From positions 1-56,349 of the forward strand of contig JAJXZR010000001.1 of NCBI GenBank assembly GCA_021779915.1: DNA of 56,349 nt, in the 5' to 3' direction. The notes under the pieces are model-generated. The model made no database searches. It saw only the letters and a list, made by a program, of their open reading frames with translations, and had not been told where the DNA came from. Shown here one piece after another: positions 35,406 through 45,141 of this stretch. Positions within the stretch are counted from its first letter, which is position 1. Each line of letters opens with the position of its first letter. This DNA comes from a bacterium (GTDB taxonomy: Bacteria > Patescibacteriota > Minisyncoccia > CAIUEV01). The position numbers and the translations under genes are program-made.

Positions 35406-36851
35406 TCAGATTCCAATATTTATATTTTGGTTTTCTATTTTGACCTTAAATTTCCATCCAGTTTTTTTGTCTTTTTCCGCTTTTACGTAGATTAAGTGTT
35501 TTAAGCCGGATATCTCTTCGTTGAAAGCAGTCCGAAGAGGAAAGGGGAGAACCCCCCAGCAAACTAAAAGTTTTCTGGAAAGAGGGCTATGGCTCCCCAT
35601 AAAACAATAAACAGGAGTGTTGGGACGAAGACTGGCTAGATGCTTAACAAAGAGAACGGGAGTTTCTTCCAGAACAATTCCATCGGGTTTTGACTCGAGT
35701 GCTAGGCGGAAAATTGCTTGAGCTGTCATTTGAAGGAGATTTTTTTGAGGCAGATTTCTTCTTGTTTCAAGCTCTTTAACTCGGTTTAGGTCGTCATAGG
35801 GTGATTTTTCCGTAACTTTAATTATTTTTTCCATCATCTGGACAGAAAGAATTGGATATTTACCGCTGGCTGACTCCCCCGAAAGCATAACCGCATCAGT
35901 TCTATCGATAACGGCATTGGCAACATCCGTTAGTTCTGCCCGAGTAGGCCTAGGAGAATCAACCATTGATTCAAGCATATTAGTTGCTACAATGGCCGGT
36001 ACTCCGCTTCGGAGACAGTGTCTTAGTAGTAATTTTTGATAAACAGGAACCTTTTCGGGAGGTGCCTCTACTCCTAAATCGCCCCTGGCTACCATAATCA
36101 CATCCACCACTTTAAGGATATCTTTTAGATTATGCAGTGCTTCCAAAGTTTCAATTTTAGCCACAATCCAAGGATGTCCAGTCGTTTTGCCTAAAATTTT
36201 AGTTATTCTTTTTTGGAGGGAAACAATGTCTTTTGCGTTTTTGACAAACGATAAGGCAATAAAATCAAGTCCCTTTTTTACTGCAAATTCAAGGTCTTTT
36301 TGATCCTTTTTTGTAAAAGAAGGAATAAATTTAGCTAGAGTAGGAAAGTTTATTCCCTTGCGTATTTTTATCAGTCCATTATTTTTTACCGACATTTCCC
36401 ATCTTTTCTCGCTAATTTTTTTAAGGCTTCTAAGCTCTACCATACCGTTGTCCAAAAACACCGAGTCACCATTTTTAAGGTGTTTTATGAGCATCACATC
36501 ACAATCTAAGCGGATTTGCTTCTTTAAATCGCCTTCTAAGCGTCCTTCAACTAAATAAACTTTTTCTCCTTTTTTAAATTCTAGCTCAGAAACTTTATTA
36601 TTCTTATCTTTTAATTCAGAAATTCTCACTCTTGGTCCCTGAAGATCAGCCATGATCCCAACACTTTTTCCAGTTCGGTAAGCGGCATGGCGCAGATTCA
36701 AGATAGCCTGTTCGTGCCAGTCATGTGAACCATGAGAAAAATTTAATCTAGCAATATCCATCCCCGATTCTATCATTGCTTCGAGAGTCTCAATATTTTC
36801 TGAAGCGGGGCCAATAGTCGCGACCACTTTGGTCAAGTTATCTTTTTTCAT
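35406..36851 (-). CDS. pyk: Pyruvate kinase
   Basis: TKVVATIGPAS, ARLNFSHG, DLQGP, AKIE, MVARGDLGVE, ATNMLESM, PTRAE, DAVMLSGES; C-terminal domain divergent. Confidence 0.96.
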   Translation of the reverse strand: MKKDNLTKVVATIGPASENIETLEAMIESGMDIARLNFSHGSHDWHEQAILNLRHAAYRTGKSVGIMADLQGPRVRISELKDKNNKVSELEFKKGEKVYLVEGRLEGDLKKQIRLDCDVMLIKHLKNGDSVFLDNGMVELRSLKKISEKRWEMSVKNNGLIKIRKGINFPTLAKFIPSFTKKDQKDLEFAVKKGLDFIALSFVKNAKDIVSLQKRITKILGKTTGHPWIVAKIETLEALHNLKDILKVVDVIMVARGDLGVEAPPEKVPVYQKLLLRHCLRSGVPAIVATNMLESMVDSPRPTRAELTDVANAVIDRTDAVMLSGESASGKYPILSVQMMEKIIKVTEKSPYDDLNRVKELETRRNLPQKNLLQMTAQAIFRLALESKPDGIVLEETPVLFVKHLASLRPNTPVYCFMGSHSPLSRKLLVCWGVLPFPLRTAFNEEISGLKHLIYVKAEKDKKTGWKFKVKIENQNINIGI

Positions 36852-36901
36852 TTTGTTTTAGTTATAGGTTTTATTTGTCCTATAGGACTTATTCGAATTT
36901 T

Positions 36902-37504
36902 TTATTCAATACAACAATCGACTGCTTTTTTCACTAGCTCACCGAGTTTTCCCAAAACACCCGTTCTTTTTTGAGTATTATGGTCTTTTTGGTGAATCCC
37001 CAATTTTTTAAGAGTGTCCCGCACTTCCCGACGCATCAGCTTGGTTTCTTCGGGCTTTACAATTTTCAAATTAAGTCCCCAAAAAAGCAGGTAAAGCTCA
37101 TAGGAAAATCGAAACATCTCGTCAGCGGTTTCTTTTTTGCCATCTTTTAGATTCTTTGTCCCGACTTCCATCAGACGCATACTGGCAGAAAGAAGATGTT
37201 TGCTGGTACACCACACTTCTCCCTCGTATTCCTTGATAATCTTTTTAAGAAGCCTTTTACGCATTTCACGAACAATCCGTAAAATTTCAAAATATCCGTT
37301 ATTTTGGGTTTTTTCAGCGGTAAAAAACAAGTGTTCCTCAATTCCAATCAGATTCATTATGGCAAGGGAAAGATCTTCGTCAGTTGAAAGATCGAGATTG
37401 TTATCTCTTTTGAGTTCATTAATTCTGTCGATAAACTCTTTAATTCTTTCTTCGCTCAATAATTTTTCCAATATACCCCCTTCTTCCTTAAGATTTTCTG
37501 ACAT
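36902..37504 (-). CDS. Hypothetical helical protein with possible metal ligands
   Basis: IEEHL, WCTSKHLL, C-terminal DCCIE; co-oriented between the AI-2E gene and pyk. Confidence 0.8.
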   Translation of the reverse strand: MSENLKEEGGILEKLLSEERIKEFIDRINELKRDNNLDLSTDEDLSLAIMNLIGIEEHLFFTAEKTQNNGYFEILRIVREMRKRLLKKIIKEYEGEVWCTSKHLLSASMRLMEVGTKNLKDGKKETADEMFRFSYELYLLFWGLNLKIVKPEETKLMRREVRDTLKKLGIHQKDHNTQKRTGVLGKLGELVKKAVDCCIE

Positions 37505-37534
37505 AAGTTTCTAGTAAATTATTATAAGACAAAA

Positions 37535-38587
37535 TTAATTATCGCCTTGGATAATTTTTTTTTCAAATATTTCTAAAATTGTTACAAAAATTGAGATAAT
37601 GATTGGCCCCACTATAAAACCCATTGCTCCAAATTCAACAATTCCACCCAAGGTTCCCAAAAGAATCAATACTGGATGAATAGCCGTATTTTTTCCCACT
37701 AGTCTCGGTCGCAAGAAATTATCGAAACCGCCCATTACAAAAGTGCCGACAAAAACAAGGATTAGTCCCGACATAACTTGTCCGGTAACAAACAGCCAAA
37801 TAGCCATAGGAAGCCAAATTATAGCTGAACCGACAAGAGGAATGACAGAGAAAAAAGTCATCATCAATCCCCAGAAAACCGGAGATCCGATGCCCAAAAA
37901 AAAGAAAGCAACTCCTCCCAAAACTCCTTGTATGATTCCCATTATCACACTACCTCGCAGAGTTGCCCGACTCATTGACATAAAACGTTCAAAAAGAGTA
38001 TTATCGTCTCTTTGGGGTAGGGGAGAAATTCGAAAAAGATACCTTAAAAACTTTTCGCCATCCAAGAAAAAATAGTAAAGTGTAAAAATCATAACAAAGA
38101 CCAGGAAAATAAACCAGCTCAATTGAGTGTATACCTGTTGAAGAATCCCAGCAGTCACCCCGGCTACTTGATTAGTAACCTCATTCAGGTTAATAGAAGT
38201 AAAATAATCGTTAACTTTAGCTTCCTCGAGCCCGAAATGGTTTCCTTGCTGAACAACCCAAAGCTTCATTTTATCTTCAAATCCAACAACTATAGAAGGA
38301 TTGTTGCTAATATTGCCATAAATATCAAGAGCTTCTTTTGAAGCAATGCTACCAATGATAAATATAGGTATAATGACAATGAGAGCAATCAGTATGCAAG
38401 TGAGAAAGGAAGCAATTTGAGCGTTTTTAACAACTTTTTTAAAAAACTCAAAACACTTTTTGAATAGTTGCCAAAGAATAAAAGAAATTAACAGAGTAAT
38501 GATAAAAGGAGAAAACATCTTAAACACCGCCAACCCTGAAACAATAGCGATTGCTATCAAAAAATAGTTGTTAGTTTTATGTTTCAT
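37535..38587 (-). CDS. AI-2E (PerM) family transporter
   Basis: YYFFLDG, IQG.LGG, S.IPLVGS..IWLP, DNFLRP.LVG, HPVLILLG.LGG...FG..G..VGP. Confidence 0.93.
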   Translation of the reverse strand: MKHKTNNYFLIAIAIVSGLAVFKMFSPFIITLLISFILWQLFKKCFEFFKKVVKNAQIASFLTCILIALIVIIPIFIIGSIASKEALDIYGNISNNPSIVVGFEDKMKLWVVQQGNHFGLEEAKVNDYFTSINLNEVTNQVAGVTAGILQQVYTQLSWFIFLVFVMIFTLYYFFLDGEKFLRYLFRISPLPQRDDNTLFERFMSMSRATLRGSVIMGIIQGVLGGVAFFFLGIGSPVFWGLMMTFFSVIPLVGSAIIWLPMAIWLFVTGQVMSGLILVFVGTFVMGGFDNFLRPRLVGKNTAIHPVLILLGTLGGIVEFGAMGFIVGPIIISIFVTILEIFEKKIIQGDN

Positions 38588-38664
38588 TCTAATTTTGTTT
38601 TTAAAATTTGATTCTATTACTAAAATATCAATTGTTTACTATTGCGACAATTATTCGGTATTAG

Positions 38665-38786
38665 AAATTTAAAAAATCTGTTTTTTAGTATTTTTTTATC
38701 AATTTCTTGTTGCGGAACTCGCTTCGCTCAGACAGTCCTCACAAGAAATTGATAAAAAAATACTAAAAAACAGATTTTTTAAATTT
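38665..38786. repeat. Family D long palindrome, copy 1: perfect 46-bp arms around a 30-nt conserved core
   Basis: 38665-38710 is the exact reverse complement of 38741-38786; core TGCGGAACTCGCTTCGCTCAGACAGTCCTC. Confidence 0.92.
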
Positions 38787-38860
38787 TTGGCTAGTTATCA
38801 ATTATTACTCAAAATCATAAATTTGTTTATTAATATAAGTATAAAAATTAACATTAGGTT

Positions 38861-39088
38861 ATGGTTCAAATTATAGCGATAGTCCAGGTTGTATCAGCCA
38901 TTCTTCTCACAATTGTAGTTCTTTTGCAAAACAGAGAGGGCGGTGCTTCCGGCGTTTTAGGTGGGGAAGGAGTAGGAGGTTCGTTTTACACGAAACGAGG
39001 TCTTGACAGAGGGCTTTTTTACGGAACCGTAGTTTTAGGGGTTATCTTTTTTATGAGTGCTATTGCCAGTTTTTTTGTGAGTAAATAA
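38861..39088 (+). CDS. secG: Preprotein translocase subunit SecG
   Basis: VLLQ...GG.SG..GG...FYTKRG.DR.L, two TMs, 75 aa. Confidence 0.92.
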   Translation: MVQIIAIVQVVSAILLTIVVLLQNREGGASGVLGGEGVGGSFYTKRGLDRGLFYGTVVLGVIFFMSAIASFFVSK

Positions 39089-39123
39089 ATTTGCAATTGT
39101 ATTCCAAAAAATAATATAAAAAA

Positions 39124-39846
39124 ATGACAAAAGATTCACAAAACAAAAGGATTATCAGGAGTCTTCTAGTCTTCTTAGCGGTTTTTGCAATTGCACTAAT
39201 TTTAATCGAAATTATGTCTTCAAATTCGACGGTTACAGATATAGAAGGACTAAAAAAAGCGACTAGCCTAGATGAATTCATTGTTTCAAATCCCAATGAT
39301 TTTATGAGCAATCAGGAAAAAAAGGCAATGGGATTGAGTGATACAGAAATACTTTCACCGGTTCCACTCAAAGTGGAGGGTGCAAAAATTATTATGGCAC
39401 CAAAACTTCTGGGAGGGGGAGACCTTGTTTATACGCCCGTTTTTGCCACTGGAAATTATTTTGCCATTATTACCGCTGAAAATCTAAGTAAGATTTTTTC
39501 TCCTCAATCCCCCGAACAAGCTATACAATATATTGATTTTCTTAGAACTAAGCTTGGAGCAACCAGTTATGATCGCTCCAGGATTACTGTTTGGCAAAAA
39601 AGCGATTATGATAATATACATTGTAAAGATGACAACGGTAATGATCTTGGGCTACCAAACGAACGGCCGGTTACGACAGCAACTTCCAAAGACAATGGTT
39701 GGGAAATAACTTGGATTTATCATTCCCAAACAGTTCCAGCCGGTTTTTTCAGAGAAGTTTTTGAGGTTGGTAAAGATGGGAGTGTCAACCTAAAAGAAAA
39801 AGAAGGGGAACCTTTCTGGTCTTGCGGAACAGGAATCTTGTTTTAG
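39124..39846 (+). CDS. Hypothetical membrane-anchored extracytoplasmic protein
   Basis: N-terminal TM, two Cys, 240-aa ORF downstream of secG. Confidence 0.75.
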   Translation: MTKDSQNKRIIRSLLVFLAVFAIALILIEIMSSNSTVTDIEGLKKATSLDEFIVSNPNDFMSNQEKKAMGLSDTEILSPVPLKVEGAKIIMAPKLLGGGDLVYTPVFATGNYFAIITAENLSKIFSPQSPEQAIQYIDFLRTKLGATSYDRSRITVWQKSDYDNIHCKDDNGNDLGLPNERPVTTATSKDNGWEITWIYHSQTVPAGFFREVFEVGKDGSVNLKEKEGEPFWSCGTGILF

Positions 39847-39865
39847 CTTTGGATGAATTTTTTTT

Positions 39866-40765
39866 CTAAACATTTAAAAGATAAGCTTCAAGAAGCAATT
39901 CCGGGTTTCCGCTAGGATTGCTCTTTTTGGCTTGACTGGTATAATCCAATGTTTTTTGAATTTTTTTAATTAGTTTTTTACATCCCTTCGTGTCTTCTTT
40001 TTCATAAGCTTCTTTGAGTTTCGAATAGTTTTCTAAAGTAAAAATTTCCAGCAAATCTATAACCTCATTTTGGCTGTTTTTTATCCAATCTTTCGCCCAA
40101 GATATTTTTTGAGTCGGGCTCAGAGAGCTTAGATTTTGGAAAAGATCAAAAATATTTTCATAATAAGTGAAATTATCAGCCATCTTACTGGCTAAATTAA
40201 TATTTCCTTGCGACCAAAAATATATTTTTACTATTTCTTCATTTTTAAGATGGGGGAAGTTATTCGTTAAATATTCTGTGATGAGCAGATTTTCTTTTCT
40301 AGTCAAATTAAACTGAATTGAACGGCTAATTAAAGTTGGGAGAATTTCTTCCCGTGAATTTCCAAAAAGGATTAGGTAACGATTTTTTCTCGGCTCTTCC
40401 ATAGTCTTAAGCAGAGCGTTTTGAGACTCAAGGTTTAGCGCTCTAACATTCGGAATAATCCCTATTTTAAAAGACCTAGAAGAACTCGAGAGACTGAGGT
40501 CTCGAATAAAACTTCTGGTTTCTTTAATACTGATACTATTTTTCCCAACGCTCCTAACAAGTAAAATTACTTCCGACTCCAAAGAATTTCGATCGGACAA
40601 GACTCCGTCTTCATGTCCCAACAAATAAGCAAATATTTCACTTTGGTTTTTTTTCCATTCTTCTTCCCCCAACGGAAAAATAAAAAGCGGAGGTTTCTCC
40701 CCCTCCTTACACCAATTCAGGAGAGTCGAACGTAAAAAAGGATAATGTTTTTTTAGAAACACCAA
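39866..40765 (-). CDS. holB: DNA polymerase III delta' subunit, divergent
   Basis: ISIKETR, KIGII...LN.ESQNALLKTMEEP, ILPTLISR, SQGN; P-loop and Zn module not recognisable. Confidence 0.85.
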   Translation of the reverse strand: MVFLKKHYPFLRSTLLNWCKEGEKPPLFIFPLGEEEWKKNQSEIFAYLLGHEDGVLSDRNSLESEVILLVRSVGKNSISIKETRSFIRDLSLSSSSRSFKIGIIPNVRALNLESQNALLKTMEEPRKNRYLILFGNSREEILPTLISRSIQFNLTRKENLLITEYLTNNFPHLKNEEIVKIYFWSQGNINLASKMADNFTYYENIFDLFQNLSSLSPTQKISWAKDWIKNSQNEVIDLLEIFTLENYSKLKEAYEKEDTKGCKKLIKKIQKTLDYTSQAKKSNPSGNPELLLEAYLLNV

Positions 40766-40766
40766 A

Positions 40767-40910
40767 TTAGTTTATCAAGTTAGAAAGTTTATCAAGTTCA
40801 TTAAATAAGAACTATAATGAATAGATAAGAAAACGCAATAAAACAAAAAACAAACCTATAGCAACAGAGATCATAATAAAAAAGTTTGCTTGATAAACCC
40901 AATGAACTAG
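40767..40910. repeat. Family A element with a long internal spacer
   Basis: ttagtttatcaagttagaaagtttatcaagttca ... cttgataaacccaatgaactag; the terminal CTA is the TAG stop of the upstream GT gene. Confidence 0.65.
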
Positions 40911-42709
40911 TTTTCCGGCACATGATAGACGAAAATTGAATATCCGATTTGAGCGACTGGTTTATAATAATCTGTCAGCCAATGGTAGCTTCCTTGAGAA
41001 GGAGGATTCAAACTGTTCCATTGAATGGCGCTGGCGGAAATAGCGAACCAACCACTCGTTGGCTTCTTGTCAAACCCCCAAACTTGGTACCTGCCGTTTA
41101 AGTAATAATCAAGGTTTCCCCCACCAAAATAATCAATCTTAACATAAGGAATATTATTGTCATCCATAAACTGGCGTAATCTGATCAAATCCTGTCCCCA
41201 ATCCAAATTGGAATCTACTAGATATTTATAACCCTCTTTCGGTCCTCCAATCGTTTCGTTAAAATAGGCAAGATAGCTTGGGAAAACTAATATGTTACTC
41301 CCAACAACCCAAATTAGAAGCAAAGAAAGTATTCCAATAGTGAAAAAGCGTGCCCAGACTTGTTTCTTTCCTTCAAAGTGCTCCCAAAAAATTGAAAGCA
41401 TATAGGCGGTAAAAAGATAAATGAAAGGAAAAACAGGCAAAATATAACGGATTCCCAACTGTAGCTTGTTAACCGAAGCCATAAAGAAAATCAGAAAAGC
41501 GAAAAAGAAATAACCTATAAGAACCGCATTTGTTTGAAGCCAATAAGCATTCAATAACTTGTGATTTTTCCCTTTAGACCAAGATTTCAACACCTTTACA
41601 AGAATCAAAGTAAATATTATTCCAGCAAAATAGAAAAGTATTTGCGATGCAATCGGTTCTTTTAATAAATAGGCGAAAACAAAGTAATCCGGCCAATTTT
41701 TCCCCACCTCCCCAAAGAAATAAGTGGTGTGGCCTCCAGTGGCATGAGCGGTAACCATTAAAAATCCTAAAAGATACTGGGCATAAGGCCTTGTAAGGGG
41801 AAAATCTGTCATTTTGTTCAAGTAGTAAGGAGCATTGATTTTCCCCAGATCATTGGGGGTTAAAGATTCATTGATTAGTTGATGTTGAACAGCTAATGGC
41901 ATATTCCACATAGTGAAAGTATACCAAACCCCCACTAAAACATATCCAATTGCCATTATTACAATAGCTTTGCCTATTTGGAGAAACATCTGGTGTAAAG
42001 CTATTTTGGATTTTCCTTTGCGGTACACCCCCAAACCATAAAGAGCCCCAATTACTAAAAAGGTGGGAATTAAGAGAAAAACAGAAAATTTGGCTAGTTG
42101 CGCTAAACCAAAAATTAAACCGGCAAACAGCATTCTTTTCCAGTTTGGTCTTTCTAAATAAAGATAATAGGAATAAAGAGCAAAAACAGTAAAGGCAGTA
42201 ATTCCCATATCGGTCGTAATAAACCTCCCGTGAGCCATCAAATTAGGCGAAAAAAGAAAAAGCAAAAGAGCAATTAAGGCAGTTTCTCTCCTTTTGGTAA
42301 TTTTTTCGGCAAACCGATAAAGTACCCAGCCTCCCAAAAGGAATATTAGAATCATAGGAATACGAGCCCAAAACAGCATTCTATCAGCATCATTTCCGTA
42401 TTTATATAAAAATTTGTCTCCCAGATCCCACTGGTCATTGACATGATCCTTCCAAGCAGGATCTTGTTCAGGGAAATAAACGCTTTGAAAAAGAAGTGGA
42501 ACGGCCGCCAACTCTTTAATAAGTGGCGGATGTTCAGGGTTGACACGATAGTCCTGTTTGGTTAGATAGGAATATCCGGAAACAATATGAGGCATTTCAT
42601 CCCTCACGGCTGAATCGTCCCAAATACTAAAAATCGCCAGCAAACCTGCCATTATCATAAGAACAGCAGCAATAAAATGCGTTTTAATAATGTGTTTCCA
42701 GAATTTCAT
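40907..42709 (-). CDS. GT-C (PMT/ArnT-like) membrane glycosyltransferase
   Basis: DEMPHI.SG, NPEHPPL.K, ARIP, SPN..AHG...TTD, AKFS, IRYILP, DSNLDWGQDL. Confidence 0.88.
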   Translation of the reverse strand: MKFWKHIIKTHFIAAVLMIMAGLLAIFSIWDDSAVRDEMPHIVSGYSYLTKQDYRVNPEHPPLIKELAAVPLLFQSVYFPEQDPAWKDHVNDQWDLGDKFLYKYGNDADRMLFWARIPMILIFLLGGWVLYRFAEKITKRRETALIALLLFLFSPNLMAHGRFITTDMGITAFTVFALYSYYLYLERPNWKRMLFAGLIFGLAQLAKFSVFLLIPTFLVIGALYGLGVYRKGKSKIALHQMFLQIGKAIVIMAIGYVLVGVWYTFTMWNMPLAVQHQLINESLTPNDLGKINAPYYLNKMTDFPLTRPYAQYLLGFLMVTAHATGGHTTYFFGEVGKNWPDYFVFAYLLKEPIASQILFYFAGIIFTLILVKVLKSWSKGKNHKLLNAYWLQTNAVLIGYFFFAFLIFFMASVNKLQLGIRYILPVFPFIYLFTAYMLSIFWEHFEGKKQVWARFFTIGILSLLLIWVVGSNILVFPSYLAYFNETIGGPKEGYKYLVDSNLDWGQDLIRLRQFMDDNNIPYVKIDYFGGGNLDYYLNGRYQVWGFDKKPTSGWFAISASAIQWNSLNPPSQGSYHWLTDYYKPVAQIGYSIFVYHVPEN

Positions 42710-42789
42710 TTTTTTTGTTTTTAGAAATTTTTTATAATTAACTTTCTTTCATTCTATTCTTAAAAATCTCATTTATCAAATATTAAGAA

Positions 42790-42907
42790 TATTCTAAAAT
42801 CTATTTTTTGAGTATTTTTTATTAGTTTCTTGTGAGGACTGTTCGAGCGAAGCGAGTTCCGCAACAAGAAACTAACAAAAAATACTCAAAAAATAGATTT
42901 TAGAATA
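42790..42907. repeat. Family D long palindrome, copy 2: 44-bp arms with one mismatch, core inverted relative to copy 1
   Basis: Arms 42790-42833 and 42864-42907; core GAGGACTGTTCGAGCGAAGCGAGTTCCGCA. Confidence 0.92.
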
Positions 42908-42914
42908 ATACATA

Positions 42915-43943
42915 TTATTTCAACAGCTCCTTAAATCTTTCTACCATCGCAACCGGCGTGGGATCGGTTTCATAGGCAATAGCCAGATAATACGAGGCGA
43001 AGCAACCGATTTGTAAAATGGAAAAAATACGAAAAATAATTTCTCCTTCGGGCATTTCAATTTTAGTCACCTTTGTTCCGTAATTAGCAAGCAAACTAGC
43101 CATTCTTTCAAAACGTTTTAGGTTTCTGGGATCGTCCTTATTATCTTCAAGGAAAATCAAGGAAAAATTAGCTTGGGGGTTAGTGAATCCAACCATTTCG
43201 TTGTGGTTTAGCTCCGGAAAATAGTTCCAAAAAGCAGGGGTTTTGGAATTTTCATTGAACATTATCTTCCAAATCATGGCAATTGATTTAAACTGCCAGG
43301 AAGAATAAACCACCGGCGTTTCCCCATGAACATTACCAGCGATTTTTTTTCCAATTTCTTTGTATTTCTCCATATTCATATATATTTCCAGTTTTGCTGA
43401 AGCCAGACTGTCGGCGACATTTTTAACTACACCTATATTTATTAAAACGCCCAGTAAAGCGGAGAAACTAGTTCCAATTCCCATTCTTGGTTGCATGCCT
43501 TGGGGAAGTTTAACAAGGGGAACATTACATTCTCGAGCAATCTCGGTCACTTTTCCCCCACTAGAAATGGCTATGCAAGCCAGTTTGTTTTCGTAAACTT
43601 CTTTAAAAGCAGAAAGAGTTTCTTCAGTATTGCCAGAATAGGAAGAAATGACATTCAAACATTTCGGATTAAACGCTTCCATGGGAAGGGCATAGGATCG
43701 ATTAATAATAATGCGAAAAGGATTTCCTCTTCTTTCTTTATTAACAGTTACATCTAAATAAATCTGCAACAAATCTCCCACCAGCGCCGACCCCCCCATT
43801 CCGTTTATAAGAAGAGTGTCGAATTCACCCTTTGGAGCTATTTCTTTGGAAAGCTCTAATCCCTCCATCAACTGATTGGGCATATTTTCAATCACCTGGA
43901 AAAGATTCTCTTTGTCTATGTCATTAGAATTTTCTTCATACAT
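42915..43943 (-). CDS. Bifunctional phosphoglucose/phosphomannose isomerase (SIS domain, archaeal-type)
   Basis: GMGGSA, SYSGNTEET, SSGG, QPR, WK..FNENSK, PELNHNE, DPTPV; ATG at 43943 preferred. Confidence 0.92.
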   Translation of the reverse strand: MYEENSNDIDKENLFQVIENMPNQLMEGLELSKEIAPKGEFDTLLINGMGGSALVGDLLQIYLDVTVNKERRGNPFRIIINRSYALPMEAFNPKCLNVISSYSGNTEETLSAFKEVYENKLACIAISSGGKVTEIARECNVPLVKLPQGMQPRMGIGTSFSALLGVLINIGVVKNVADSLASAKLEIYMNMEKYKEIGKKIAGNVHGETPVVYSSWQFKSIAMIWKIMFNENSKTPAFWNYFPELNHNEMVGFTNPQANFSLIFLEDNKDDPRNLKRFERMASLLANYGTKVTKIEMPEGEIIFRIFSILQIGCFASYYLAIAYETDPTPVAMVERFKELLK

Positions 43944-44002
43944 TTTTTTAATTTTAAAAAATGAATAAAATTTTAATTTTTTGTTTCTGACCAAATACCC
44001 AC

Positions 44003-44077
44003 TGGGGTGACTAGAGGGAGTTGAACCCTCGTGACCAGTTCCACAGACTGGCGTTCTACCGTTGAACTATAGTCACC
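44003..44077 (-). tRNA. tRNA-His (GTG)
   Basis: G-1 then GTGACTA/TAGTCAC acceptor stem with C73 and encoded CCA; D arm GTTC/GAAC; anticodon arm CCAGT-CT GTG GA-ACTGG; T arm GAGGG-TTCAACT-CCCTC. Confidence 0.95.
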
Positions 44078-44180
44078 CCGCTAGGTACTTAAACCATTAC
44101 AGCTCGACTTTATCAGATTTTATTTAATAAGACAAAAAATTTTCAAGAAGAATACGAAAAAAACAAAAAACTATTCTATC

Positions 44181-44216
44181 AAAAAACAAAGCCCGCAAAA
44201 TAATGAGGGCTTTGTT
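44181..44216 (-). terminator. Probable intrinsic terminator downstream of the DedA gene
   Basis: aacaaagccc...gggctttgtt 10-bp stem with a T-run on the minus strand. Confidence 0.6.
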
Positions 44217-44272
44217 AATAGTTAGCACGCCAAAAGACTTAAACGAAAACTGCAAAAAAGGCTCATCTTTTC

Positions 44273-44896
44273 TCACTCCTTTTCCATATTCTTCATAAAT
44301 CTAACTGCTAAATAATAAGAAACAATCAGCAAAATAGTTATTCCAACCGTTACTTCGGCTGTATAGCTAAGGTAATTGTTAATTTGTTTATAGGATTCCC
44401 CAAAATAATACCCAATAAGAACTAGAAGAAACGATTTTGGTAAAGTTCCTACAAGATTAAAAAAAACAAATTTGCCGATTGGAACTTTGGCTACCCCGGC
44501 CGCAAACAGAAATACTGATCCTATCCCTTGAGTAACTTTAGATATAAGCAACGTTTTACCAGCATGCTTTTTAAAATATTTTTCAAGCTTTAAAATTCTT
44601 GCATTGCTTGCTCCCGTAATTTTTCTCCATCCCAGAGCAATAGAAGTGTTTCTTCCCCAACGACCCAGAAAATAATACAAGAGATCGCCCACGACATCCC
44701 CCAAAACCAAGATAAAATAAGCTGTCACAAAATTAATTTTTCCATGGGCAGAAAGAAAACCGGAGAGAACAGCCACAATTGGACCTTCAAAAACGGATAT
44801 GGGAAATATTACCCAATATTTGTAGGTTGCTAGCCAGAGAAGAATGTTTTGAAGTGAAAAAAACATTTTAATGAAATCAAAAACCATAAAAATCAC
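44273..44896 (-). CDS. DedA family membrane protein
   Basis: EGP.V.V.SGFL, GD...Y.LGR, GK.LL.SK, AG..KV...KF...N, GY.FG; start uncertain (44896, 44887 or later). Confidence 0.9.
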   Translation of the reverse strand: MIFMVFDFIKMFFSLQNILLWLATYKYWVIFPISVFEGPIVAVLSGFLSAHGKINFVTAYFILVLGDVVGDLLYYFLGRWGRNTSIALGWRKITGASNARILKLEKYFKKHAGKTLLISKVTQGIGSVFLFAAGVAKVPIGKFVFFNLVGTLPKSFLLVLIGYYFGESYKQINNYLSYTAEVTVGITILLIVSYYLAVRFMKNMEKE

Positions 44897-44951
44897 TTTC
44901 TATGACATCAGATTAACAAGTTTTTATCTAATTTGGTAATATTTATTGGTT

Positions 44952-45076
44952 ATCGAATTTCAAAATAGTTTTTGAGGAATTTTTTCTTAATTTATTGTGA
45001 GGACTTGTGTGAGCGAAGCGAGTTCCGCAACAAGAAATTAAGAAAAAATTCCTTAAAAACTATTTTGAAATTCGAT
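44952..45076. repeat. Family D long palindrome, copy 3: 47-bp arms with two mismatches
   Basis: Arms 44952-44998 and 45030-45076; core GAGGACTTGTGTGAGCGAAGCGAGTTCCGCA. Confidence 0.92.
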
Positions 45077-45141
45077 TTATTTACAGAATTTAAGAATTAA
45101 GATATAAAAGAGGAGATAAGTTTTAAAAGTAAGATAATTCA

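Noticed and set aside
36860-36893. ttataggttttatttgtcctataggacttatt, a possible remnant of another 9-mer repeat family
   Set aside because: Single short degenerate copy in the window
39866-40765. holB as a pseudogene because the P-loop and Zn finger are missing
   Set aside because: The frame is intact with a conserved NALLKxxEEP core, and delta' is not an active ATPase
40812-40874. 20-codon hydrophobic minus-strand ORF MISVAIGLFFVLLRFLIYSL inside a family A spacer
   Set aside because: T-rich DNA yields such peptides by chance; there is no SD or other support, though it cannot be fully excluded
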